DNA of 64,000 nucleotides. Source: Octopus sinensis. Taxonomy: Eukaryota. Position numbers and translations under genes: made by a program. The notes beneath the pieces are model-generated. The model saw nothing but the letters and a program-made list of their open reading frames with translations. It searched no databases and was not told the DNA's origin. Below are positions 1 to 10,527 of the stretch, one piece after another. The DNA lies in the NCBI RefSeq assembly GCF_006345805.1, contig NC_042998.1:75516001-75580000 (forward strand), read 5' to 3'. The first letter of the stretch is position 1, and each line of letters begins with the position of its first letter.

Positions 1-830
1 TGTGTTAGCAATGGGAGGAGGTGTTTGCGGGAATGCTTTCAGTTGCTATCTTTACTACTTCTGGTGGGTAAACGTTGAAACACATGTCTTGCAAGGGATA
101 GTTATATAAAACTGATGAAGTTCCATCTATTAAGCTCTCTTGAAGTGCATGCAGAGAATGAAAAGCCTATTACTGTAGAAAGTTGAGAATTGCACCAGTG
201 CCATCGGAGTTAAAAACGTATGAAAGCAAGAACGAATTATAAGACTTGAAATAGCCGCCAACGATTACTTCGGTGAGGTATAAAGTGAGCTGTTCTCAAT
301 GCAGTAAATAGTGTGATTGAAGAAAAGTTGGTAGCTCGAGAATTTTGGAGAACAGCAGTAGAAGTTATATTTCGAGGAATGGTCTGAAGGATACTTACAA
401 ACTGCAAGATTTAATGTCTGGAGAGGGAGTTAAGCATTCATATTTCGTTGAAGTTACGTGATTCAACGACATGTTATTTGCAGTGATACTACTAGATGTT
501 TAGTTTTCATTAGGGCTTCCATTTTCTGTAATACTATATCTCCACGTGACCGACCAGACTGTCAGATATGTTACACATCGCTGGTCACAGTGCGCTTCGC
601 ATCATTTTCGCCATCGAATGACACCACCCTGTTTGGCTAGGCAAAAAGGTCAATACTTGTTTACATTGATAAAGGGCAAATACCCTGAAACATGTCTGCA
701 GCTGTCTGACTGGCAGGATGAAGCGGCTGACTTCCCCTGTTCGAAGTTTTATAATGGACGCTGGTTGTGTGTCAAATAGCTAGCTTGAGGCGGTGGCCTC
801 TTGGAGCTAATCAGCGACAGCTTTAGTCTT
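1..830 (+). mobile_element. Degenerate 3' end of a Penelope-like element (GIY-YIG remnant followed by hammerhead-bearing pLTR)
   Basis: About 280-350 translates as Y-K-V-S-C-S-Q-C-S-K* and S-R-I-L-E-N, resembling the PLE GIY-YIG motifs VVYKIxCxxCxxxYIG and R..EH, with stops. A minimal hammerhead follows at 662-700. Boundaries are approximate. Confidence 0.5.
662..700 (+). ncRNA. Minimal type I hammerhead ribozyme, U3:A8 core variant
   Basis: taca-TTGATAA-aggg-caaata-ccct-GAAA-CATG-TC|tgca. Stem II is aggg/ccct, stem III carries the palindrome ACATGT, predicted cleavage is after GUC at 696, and stem I has 3 of 4 pairs. Confidence 0.7.
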
Positions 831-946
831 ATATTTATAAGACTGCCATATAAGTATGGCGATAACTATTAATTTCCAGTAATGCTGCCGTAATCTCCTT
901 TAGAGATTTAGTAATTTTAATATTTCTATTATATATATATATATAT

Positions 947-1013
947 AAAGGCGGTGCTCCAGCATGGCCGCAGTCAAATGACTGAAACAAGTAAAAGAGT
1001 AAAAGAGAAAATA

Positions 1014-1014
<1 letters not shown>
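947..1014 (+). repeat. SINE 3'-tail fragment; left copy of a long direct repeat flanking the PLE (probable target-site duplication)
   Basis: aaaggcggtgctccagcatggccgcagtcaaatgactgaaacaagtaaaagagtaaaagagaaaatag recurs at 3779-3845 with a 1-nt deletion. Both copies are embedded in (TA)n. Confidence 0.8.
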
Positions 1015-1051
<37 letters not shown>

Positions 1052-1055
<4 letters not shown>

Positions 1056-1740
1056 AAGGGTGGAAAGGAACACACGAGTTGATATATATGAAAAAACAAG
1101 TCAAAAATAGAAAATGCTAAGATGATTTTATAGTGAATCTTTCAGTACCGGTTTCGGTCATTTTGAGACCTTTTCAACTGTAACGATTAAATAATTAAAT
1201 TTTGAAAAATTTAGAAAAATTAGAAGAAAGGTTTTTTTAAAGGAATACTTCCATAGTAGTGTTCAGATATATGTGGCATTCTGCCTTTCTCTGACTCCCT
1301 TGTTTGCACTTGTGTATTCGAGGTCGTTGTGAGTTCTTGAGGGGGTGGGAGTGGGAAAATCTGGGCTGGTCAGTGGCGACCGGCAGTCGCTGCGTAGGCG
1401 TTATACTTTAAGACATTAGTGGGGGTAGAAGGTGGAGAAGTAGAAGAAGAAGAAGAAGATGACGGTGCCGATGATGATGACGATGAAGAAGAAGGAGAAG
1501 GAGAAGATGACGATGATGATGGTGGTGATGACGATGACGACGATGATGATGATAACGATGATGATGAAGAAGGAGAAGAAGAGGGAGAAGAAGAAAAAAA
1601 ACAGAGCAGGGAGAATATGAATGGGTGAAGATATAGCTGTTTGGGGCGATTAGTAATGGATTCTATGGAATGTAATATTTGTGTGTGTATATATATTTCT
1701 TTTATTCTTAAGTTGAGCTATATTAATTGTTTGTCGTAGA
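1052..1740 (-). repeat. Inverted copy of the PLE pseudo-LTR
   Basis: Reverse complement of 3050-3713, differing mainly in GAA/GAT-run and homopolymer length, plus a ~30-nt extension (1052-1081) absent from the right copy. Confidence 0.95.
1143..1180 (-). ncRNA. Minimal type I hammerhead ribozyme (U3:A8), inverted pLTR copy
   Basis: The reverse complement is identical to 3615-3652. Confidence 0.75.
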
Positions 1741-3067
1741 GAATCACGCCAACGAACTACCACACCGCATCAAAAAAGAATTCGTGATAGAAGGGGTTAA
1801 ATTCATCCTGGAAAATAACTTCTTCGCCTTCAATGACAACTTCTACCGACAAAAATCGGGGACTGCGATGGGTACACGAATGGCCCCCTCCTTTGCCAAC
1901 CTAGTCATAGGATACCTAGAGATCAGTCTATATCGTAAGGTTCTAGAAAGATATGGCAGCCCTTTCTCCATCTACATAGAAAACAACTGGAAGAGATACC
2001 TAGATGACTGTTTCATTCTTTGGCATAAAAATATAGAAAAACTCATAGAATTCCAGGAAATTTTAAACGGGCTGGACGTAAACATCCAATTCACGATGGA
2101 ATATAGCCAGCAACAACTTCCCTTCCTCGATATCCTCATTAAGAAAGCTAATAATATAATAGAAACAGACATATACTATAAACCTACAGACTCTAAGCAA
2201 TATCTTCCATTCAATTCATGCCACCCCAGACACACTAGGATGAATATCCCCTTCAATCTAGCAAAAAGGATATGCACTATAGCCTCTAACGCAAACACCA
2301 GAGACACACGACTACAAGGACTAAAAGATACCCTTATCACCAGGAACTATCCACCTTCACTTATTGACAAGTGCATTCAACGTGCCCTTCAACTTAACAT
2401 CAAGGAACTGAGACATCCCAAATCAAAGAAAAACTTACAACCAAAAGCCTTACCATACATCTCCACACACAACCCTCTCAATAACGAAGCCTTCGGCACC
2501 ATCCTCCACAACATACCCCTCCTAAAAAAAGACCACAGAATGAACACAATCCTCCAAAAACACACGATCATAAAAAGCAAAAGACAGCCTAGATCCATGA
2601 AAAGTCTTCTAACACAAGCCCGAATTCACTCTTCAATACAGAAGCCGACAGTAAAAAAATGTGGAAGACCCAATTGCGGGATATGCGACTATCTAATCGA
2701 GGGTTCTGAGTTCTCCTTCAAACAGGGACAACGGTTTACAGTGAAAAGCAACTTCACATGTGTTTCGGAGAACCTAATATACTCACTAACCTGCTCCGGG
2801 TGTCAAGAGCAGTACATAGGCCAAACAAAAAATGGTTTGCGTAAACGAATGGCCCTGCACAGATCCCAGATAAAAATTCCCCAAAACAGAAAAATAGCTT
2901 TTAGCCAACACATAGATACTTGCGCCAACAAAAAAACACCAAACTTCAGAATTTTCCCCCTCTACCAATTTAGGGACGATACAACCTCGAGACAACGAAT
3001 AAGTAAAGAAAATCTCTTTATTATAAAATACAGGCCACTTCTTAACGGGTCTACGACAAACAATTAA
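1727..3067 (+). CDS. Penelope-like reverse transcriptase-GIY-YIG endonuclease, 5'-truncated (element-derived part starts at 1741)
   Basis: RT motifs YRQKSGTAMGTRMAPSFANL and WKRYLDDCF; thumb LPFLDILI...YYKPTD...SCHP; Cys linker CGRPNCGIC; GIY-YIG NLIYSLTCSGCQEQYIGQT...RMALH. The first residues (MFVV) come from the inverted repeat. Confidence 0.93.
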   Translation: MFVVENHANELPHRIKKEFVIEGVKFILENNFFAFNDNFYRQKSGTAMGTRMAPSFANLVIGYLEISLYRKVLERYGSPFSIYIENNWKRYLDDCFILWHKNIEKLIEFQEILNGLDVNIQFTMEYSQQQLPFLDILIKKANNIIETDIYYKPTDSKQYLPFNSCHPRHTRMNIPFNLAKRICTIASNANTRDTRLQGLKDTLITRNYPPSLIDKCIQRALQLNIKELRHPKSKKNLQPKALPYISTHNPLNNEAFGTILHNIPLLKKDHRMNTILQKHTIIKSKRQPRSMKSLLTQARIHSSIQKPTVKKCGRPNCGICDYLIEGSEFSFKQGQRFTVKSNFTCVSENLIYSLTCSGCQEQYIGQTKNGLRKRMALHRSQIKIPQNRKIAFSQHIDTCANKKTPNFRIFPLYQFRDDTTSRQRISKENLFIIKYRPLLNGSTTNN

Positions 3068-3713
3068 TATAGCTCAACTTAAGAATAAAAGAAATATATA
3101 TACACACACAAATATTACATTCCATAGAATCCATTACTAATCGCCCCAAAACAGCTATATCTTCACCCATTCATATTCTCCCTTCTCTGTTTTTTTCTTC
3201 TTCTCCCTCTTCTTCTCCTTCTTCATCATCATCGTTATCATCATCATCGTCGTCATCGTCATCACCACCATCATCATCGTCATCTTCTCCTTCTCCTTCT
3301 TCTTCTTCATCGTCATCATCATCGGCACCGTCATCTTCTTCTTCTTCTTCTTCTACTTCTCCACCTTCTACCCCCACTAATGTCTTAAAGTATAACGCCT
3401 ACGCAGCGACTGCCGGTCGCCACTGACCAGCCCAGATTTTCCCACTCCACCCCCTCAAGAACTCACAACGACCTCGAATACACAAGTGCAAACAAGGGAG
3501 TCAGAGAAAGGCAGAATGCCACATATATCTGAACACTACTATGGAAGTATTCCTTTAAAAAAACCTTTCTTCTAATTTTTCTAAATTTTTCAAAATTTAA
3601 TTATTTAATCGTTACAGTTGAAAAGGTCTCAAAATGACCGAAACCGGTACTGAAAGATTCACTATAAAATCATCTTAGCATTTTCTATTTTTGACTTGTT
3701 TTTTCATATATAT
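3050..3713 (+). repeat. PLE 3' pseudo-LTR containing (TCA/TCT)n microsatellite and hammerhead
   Basis: Overlaps the ORF stop and is duplicated in inverted form at 1082-1740. Confidence 0.95.
3615..3652 (+). ncRNA. Minimal type I hammerhead ribozyme, U3:A8 core variant
   Basis: cag-TTGAAAA-ggtc-tcaaaat-gacc-GAAA-CCGG-TA|ctg. Stem II is ggtc/gacc, stem III carries the palindrome ACCGGT, and predicted cleavage is after GUA at 3649. Confidence 0.75.
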
Positions 3714-3778
3714 ATATATATATATACATATATATATACACACATATATATATATACATATATATATATTATATATAT

Positions 3779-3845
3779 AAAGGCGGTGCTCCAGCATGGC
3801 CGCAGTCAAATGACTGAACAAGTAAAAGAGTAAAAGAGAAAATAG
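3779..3845 (+). repeat. Right copy of the long direct repeat flanking the PLE
   Basis: Matches 947-1014, with the same 5' start and the same aaatag end. Confidence 0.8.
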
Positions 3846-6267
3846 TATATATATATATATACATAAAGAGAGATGGGGAGAATGGAGTGAGTCAGAGACA
3901 GACAGACTCTCAGACAATCAGTCATGCAGAGAGACAAAGGGGCAGATTCATTTTAGTATATGCTTATGCATTTTTGTTATAGGGCATCTGTACAAATACA
4001 TTTTGAAGCCTTCAGAAATACGAATAATGAACATTGGAATATGGTTAGTTGATGAATACAACAATTAGATGCTAAAAAAAGATTACTATAAAAGAATGAA
4101 GAATTAAATAATTCTCTCAAACACTCAACTTTCAAAATCAGAAAGAATTGTTCTATGCCAGGAGGTTTCTCTCATCAAGCATAAGTTAGTTTAATTTGAG
4201 TAGCTGTAAAGAGAAGAAAAGCTGAAGGTTTTAGCGTCAATGTTTGCCCCGCAGCATTATAATCAAGCTAGTTTCGTGTTATTCATGCAGATAATTGAAA
4301 ATATCTCTCGTTAATGAAAGGAAGTATATAGCATATTATGAAAGATAAAGAAATCGATATAATTTCTACTCCCATATAGTTAGAAAATAGATAGGAATGT
4401 TGTGTTTCATTCGATTATCTTCTAACTCACGCGCATATATTTAGTTAGAGCCAACGTCAAGCAATTTAACTAACATAATCACGCAATCATTATATATATA
4501 TATATACATATATATAATGGTATATATGAAGGAGCAACTGATAGTTTGTTAAATTACGTGCTAAAATATGTGTATATGCATTACAGATGATTGCGTTGTT
4601 ATGTAGAAGGTACGACCAGATATTAAGGACGTATAAATGTTTGAAGAATACTTCAATAACAGATAAATGTTTTTGGTTAGTCAGTATAGAAGAAAGAACG
4701 ACGTTTGCAACCTTTTACCCCTCGTAAAATTTGATGCAGTTAAAGAAGTCATCTTCAGAATTTGTTGGGGTTATATCCTGAAGGGACTGGATAGACAAAG
4801 ATTTTGTAATCAATATACGATGCGAATGCGGTGATTCAATATTTGCAAATCAGTTGAATGGCCGCCGTAGTATAATTTCATATCTACGTAAGAATGTTGC
4901 AGCAGTACTATCGAAGATATATTAGTAAGGATCTAATTTGAGTCGTATTTGTGCTTTACAAGTGGCTCAATAAACATTTCATTTCCTAGCTCTGAAGGAG
5001 CGTCCTAAAATTTGTACTGCAGTTTTTCCAATGCTATACACGAGGCACCTCACATACGATTTCCTGGTTGCATGTAGAATGTCACTTTCATAGAAGTGTG
5101 TCTTTAGAAGTGAGTTCAATATGTGACAGGCGGATGTGTAACGGACGAGACCTGTGACTCATGTTATTAACAGCGTTTTAGTCGCTGACGAGTTAAAATT
5201 TCGTCTAAAACATTACAAATTAAGATATTTTTAAGACATAAGTAGCTACAATATTCATGATACAGAAAATGATATCACTGGTAAAGTTATCATATTTGTA
5301 AGGAACAATCCATTATATTTAGTTTGATATGTAAATTTTCGCGTATACTCCATGTTAATGACCACTGAAATAATTTTATTGAAAATATTGTTATATTACA
5401 TGATGATCATTGTTTTCTTGTGAAACAAACACACGCACTATATATTAGCCCTCCCCTAGTTTATTATTGTTCTTATTTTATCGTATGTCCATTGTCTGCA
5501 AATCTTTCTTCACGCACCAGTGGGCTTTTCAATTACTCTTTACCTTCAACGTGTATCCTCCTGTTCTATTTAGTCCATCCTGTCTTTCTATGATGTATAT
5601 CCTTACATGCGCATGCATTTGCGTCTGTATCTGTGGGGGTGCGTGACTGTATGTGTGTATGTAAAAGTCTACAATAACAATTGAGGAAGGTACCTTTATT
5701 TATGTGTACACTAGAACAAAGAACTGCGGAGAAAAAATGAAAATAGTTGGTCAGATTTCTCTCTTATAAGAATTATTTTCTTTTAGGAATCCAATACTCT
5801 TCCATATAATTGCCTGCATTCTGAAATATACTTTAAGCCACCAATTTAATAAAGCGGATTTGTTATGTATGGTGGAAGCCGTCTCATATGTAGAATATGT
5901 TGCTCACAAATTGTGGAATACAACTTTCAAACAAATCGATAGGAAAACAGCAATCATACAACATAATCCACTAAATGGCTACCATTACCACCATTTGGCT
6001 TCACCAACACCAAGTTCTTTTATAACAAAATAATATTCCACAAAATAATATTCTGTTTTCGCACGATAGAACAATATTTCTATATGCTCTCAAATCTTAC
6101 ACTTATGCTTTAATATGCGGTTGCATGGTAACTGCAACTGTATATTCATATTTTCTGTCTTGCTCTTTATGTGTCTATATTTATGAGTGAGTGTGTGTAT
6201 GTGTGTGCGTACGTGTCGTGTGTGTGCGTGTTTACGTGTGTGTTTCTGAATATGACGCACATATCTG

Positions 6268-6338
<71 letters not shown>

Positions 6339-6399
6339 AGTACTTTCCGTGATGCTACTTCGAGTTCCTGTTCGTTTCCTTAGTAATGATTCTTCGTAA

Positions 6400-7590
6400 G
6401 AGTATGGCTTTCAGAGGCCAATTATCTCAGTTAGCCTCTATATGTGTATAACTCTACAAAGACCTGCCATTAACAATATATCGCCCTGCGAGAGAAGGAA
6501 GAAGAAAGGCGGAATGTACATTTGGTGCCATGCAGTCAACAGAAACAGGGCCTGGGATGGGAGGAATATGTAGTCAGTCGCAGAATCTCATGGAATGAAC
6601 TTTGGGCTTGAGAAAAAGCATGAACATCTTTCCTGATGAAGTCTACCTTCGACGTTTTACCTTCACCGGCGAATTTAGTCCGGTGTAACATACAAACAAC
6701 TGATAAATATAGATGCGGAGAGAAAGCGCCGGAGGGACATTTTCTGTCAAACCGCAGGATAGCACTAGACAGATATACATGGCGTCACAATCAAGCCCTC
6801 GGTGTCATAAGCGCTGCACTCAAGGAGAAGGTCGAGGGATATAATAGGGAAGAATACCCAAAAGTGGAAAAGCGCGAAAAAATATACTTCCAGAAGGAGG
6901 GAAAAGGACATAAGGCCAGACTTTCAAATACAATATACGAGACAGACGAAATATGGAAGGGATACTGGAAGCTGGCCGCAGATTTGGAAAGACTGTTAAA
7001 ATTTCCATTCATAAAAACGGCAAAAAGACTGGACTTAATCCTATGGAACACAGAGCGGAGAATTGGAATTTTGCTGTAGCTGACAGTACCATGGGAAGAG
7101 AACATGGCTAATGCAGAGCAACGGAAGGAAAAGAGGTATGAGAAATTAATCGAAGAGTGTGGAGAACAGGCATGGACTGTTGAGTATTACCACCTGGTAG
7201 TGGGGGCTAGAGGCTTCATTGAAAGGAAAGTGACGACGTTATTTAAAAGAAGGTTTGCATTTTCGAGCTCAGAGATGAGAAAAGTAATAAAGAGGATACA
7301 GCAGGCAGTCGAAAAAGCCAGCTTCTAATATATGGCTGAAGTGAGAAGACCCAAAATAGTTTGAGAGCCATAATATGCCGACTTGGAAATAGCATCGCTA
7401 GGTAAGACTGGCTAACCCTTAAGCAGCATCGCTGATTCACAGGTGGGCCAAGGTAGCGGTCTTGTTCCTACCACCTGATAGATAGTCGGCTGTGGCTGCT
7501 GGAACAGAAACTAAAAGGACACTGTTGGAAGGTAGGTTTAGAGAGGGCGCGAGCTAAAACTACGCGCCCTTCAGTTAATGGTCAGTTAAA
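6400..7590 (+). mobile_element. Decayed 3' portion of a restriction-like-endonuclease LINE (Hero/NeSL-like)
   Basis: SFLMKSTFDVLPSPANL; eroded CCHC knuckle followed by RYTWRHNQAL; RLDLILW...LL*LTVPWEEN...KEKRYEKL...VGARGF. Contains stops and is followed by a 3' UTR. Confidence 0.8.
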
Positions 7591-8594
7591 ACTTAGGCAG
7601 AGTCACGTGACAGATAGTTGGTGCTGGCTGCTGGAGCTTACCGGCGACTATTTAAAGGGAAATTTCGCAGGACGGTCAGTTGGCCGCTCACATTCGTTGA
7701 CGATGCATCGAAGAAACCAAAGAACAGAAGAAAAAAAAGGAGAAAGAAGAAACGCACCCAACACCAGAGCTGAAGACACCTCCGAAAGGGGATTCCCGAC
7801 ACGTCGAAAACAGGAGAGGATTAGGGGCCGAAACCGGACGTAATTCCTCCTGATAATGTCTTTAGCCACTGGATCCTATAAAAGAACTGTTGAGGCAGCG
7901 GACCACAAAACGTAGTTGGAATTCCTGATGACGATTCACTCCCGAACTGAAATGGGCTTCCAGCCCTTGTATCATGAATGGTTATGTGGACCACTCCTAA
8001 CGAAAGCCAGAGCTTTCTTCGACCACTACATAAAAAGTATTAAGAAAAATTGTTATTTAGTTGTTTACACTTTTACACTATTTTACGCTTGTTTATACGC
8101 TTATTCATTCAAAGTTCACTAATTTCCTTATTTAAATTACTAATCATGTTCCTTTCGATAATATCAATATGATTACAAAACTTCTTTGTAGACGATATTT
8201 TCGGTTTGGTCGACACTAATTTTCAAATTACTGGATTCCGTTGCTCTGCTCAAGGCGACATATAACTAGCCTTATGTAAACATCGGAGTGGGTAAAAATA
8301 CACCTACACGATGTAAAGTTTGGCCCTGTGCCTTGCTTGCTGTAAATGAGTGAGTGGAATCTTCAAGGTTGCAAAAATCAAACTAAGACTTACTTCTTAC
8401 TGTTCTATGTGAATAATATCTGGATGTTCTGGTACCATGGGTTATTTTGATTGACAAAACTGAGATGTAAACAACAGCCGCTTCGATTAGCCCTTTCGAG
8501 ACTGACACACTTCAATAACTACTAAATAATCACACACACTATATACTGACACACTTTTTCCATTTCATTTTCACTATTCACCGTCCTCGCGACG

Positions 8595-9190
8595 CCCTTT
8601 CTTATCTACAATGGGGCCACAATCTATACGATGAAAATCCAGAGTTACTCGTATTCGGTGAATTTTTAATAAATGTGGTTTATCGATTCAAAAATCGATA
8701 ACTACGAAATAACCATACATTCTAATTTTTTAATGTTGAAAACCTTCCTGGCGACCGTCTTTGTAATCCCGCAAAATATCGTAACTATTGATCCAGCCGT
8801 CTAGCTTCGAAGAGGGAACAGACAGAGACGGATAGACGGACAGACGGACAGATGGACAGTAAGATACAAATCTGCCCATCTACGATGGGAAATAAAGGGA
8901 TAGTATCGCTAATCTAAACCCTCTAATTTCACGAACTATACGTGAGGTGGGGAGATCCAGAGTTAATCCTTGTAGCCGGAATTTTAAGAAAAACATCAAA
9001 GGTGATTTATTAATACAAAACTCAATATCCACGAAATAATCATACTTTTTCACATTTCTTTTTTCGCTAACAACCTGCCTGATTACCTCCTTCGTGATCC
9101 CGAAAAAGAATCGCGACCATTGGTTCAGTCGTTTGACCGTGTAGAGGAAACAGACAGACAGACGGACATAACGCCCATTATAGTAAGATT
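8595..9190 (+). mobile_element. Possible non-autonomous Helentron/DINE-1-like element with two diverged internal modules
   Basis: Two related modules start atccagagtta (about 8637 and 8955), each ending in a (GACA/GACG)n microsatellite. Hairpin cccatc-tac-gatggg at 8875-8889; 3' end tatagtaagat. Confidence 0.45.
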
Positions 9191-9229
9191 TATTGACATC
9201 ACCTTACATATTATTCCTAACTTCTCACC

Positions 9230-9900
9230 TCGAATCTTTTTTTTAAATATCCCTATACCTTCTGCACATGCATGCTTATAGTTGGTACTATTGTGGTCAC
9301 ATGATCAAAATTTGAGCCAGATCGCGCCATTTTTCTTTCTGGCTTTACAGTGTAAGCATGGCCGCTCCACTAGCAATTTACTACAAAGAAGAACAAAGAG
9401 CAGTGATCCGAATTCTCTGGAAAAGGAGTATACGATCAACAGAGCAAGATACAGTACTTTGCTGACCAACAAACTGAAGCCATTAATTCGCAACAAAACC
9501 TATTGTCGAAGAAAGTTCTGTTGTTGCATGATAATGCACGCCCAAATACGGTCACTCAGACCGTTGAAACCATTAACCAACTTGGTTTTGAGGAGCTGGA
9601 ACACCCTGCCTACAGCCCAGATTTCACCCTTTCCGACTATCATAACATTGGACTGTTCGAAGATGGTTTACGAGGTCGCCGATTTCCTACGAATGCAGAT
9701 GTGAAGGAAGTGGTGCATAAATGGTTGTACCAACAGAAAACCTTCTTCTTGGAGGGATTACGCAAACTTGTAGACTGCTGGACCAAGTGCATTGTAAAGG
9801 AAGGAGACTATATAGGAAATGAAGTACTTGTTTATCTCTTGCTTTTGTGTAAATGCGCTGAAAACACAAGAGTGCTTATAATTTAGACTCTCCCCATGTA
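9230..9900 (+). mobile_element. Internally deleted, decayed mariner (DD34D) transposon
   Basis: N-terminus MAAPLAIYYKEEQRAVIRILW is fused directly to the catalytic region TINRARYSTLLTNKLKP...LLLHDNARP...LEHPAYSPDFTLSDY...KCIVKEGDY, with frameshifts. Confidence 0.85.
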
Positions 9901-9971
9901 TATATAAATATATAAATTCACGCACACACATATATATATACACACACACGCGCGCATATATGTATATGTTT

Positions 9972-10026
<55 letters not shown>

Positions 10027-10042
10027 AACGTGGATGCAGCTG

Positions 10043-10082
<40 letters not shown>

Positions 10083-10104
10083 ATGCATGTATGTATGTAT
10101 GTAT

Positions 10105-10527
10105 ATACGCATTTAAAAGAAGAAAAGAAAATGGAGCTTAAGAAGTTAATAATTGTTTATTATTAACAGCATATTGGTCGTCTTCACTTACGACCGTTTC
10201 GATTAATGTTCAATAAACATTACATTTACATTAATGTGACATGAGCAAATTATTATCAGAGGAAAACTGATGTACATTCGGATGTTATATATGTGCTTAT
10301 GAATTTATTTTATTCTGCTAAAATGAATTCATACCCATACATATAACATCCAAATGTACATCATTTTCCTTCTAATAACATTGTGCTCATGTCACATTAA
10401 TGTATATTAAATGTTTATTGAGCATTCATTGAAACGGCTGTAAGTGAAGATGACCAATTCGCTGTTAATGATAAGCGATTGTTAACTTCCTAATCTCCAT
10501 TTTCTTTTCTTCTTTTAAATGAATATA
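10105..10527. repeat. ~420-bp foldback (long inverted repeat with short loop) carrying decayed hammerhead-like motifs
   Basis: 10105-10300 is the reverse complement of about 10330-10527 (roughly 80% identity by eye). Each arm has ttttcct-CT(G/A)ATAA...GAAACGG(TC/CT)GTA-agtgaa. Confidence 0.8.

Larger units (their letters stand above)
1052..3713 (+). mobile_element. Young 5'-truncated Penelope-like retroelement (Neptune-like) with inverted pLTR
   Basis: Uninterrupted RT + GIY-YIG ORF. 1082-1740 is the near-exact reverse complement of 3050-3713. Both outer ends lie in (TA)n. Confidence 0.95.

Noticed and set aside
1419-1628. Acidic poly-Glu/Asp ORF (and its twin at 3171-3377)
   Set aside because: It is the antisense reading of the (TCA/TCT)n microsatellite in the pLTR, starts at GTG, and differs in length and C-terminus between the copies.
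1727-1740. Start codon and N-terminus MFVV of the PLE ORF
   Set aside because: It derives from the inverted pLTR by chance. The element is truncated in mid-RT, so the ORF cannot encode a complete enzyme.
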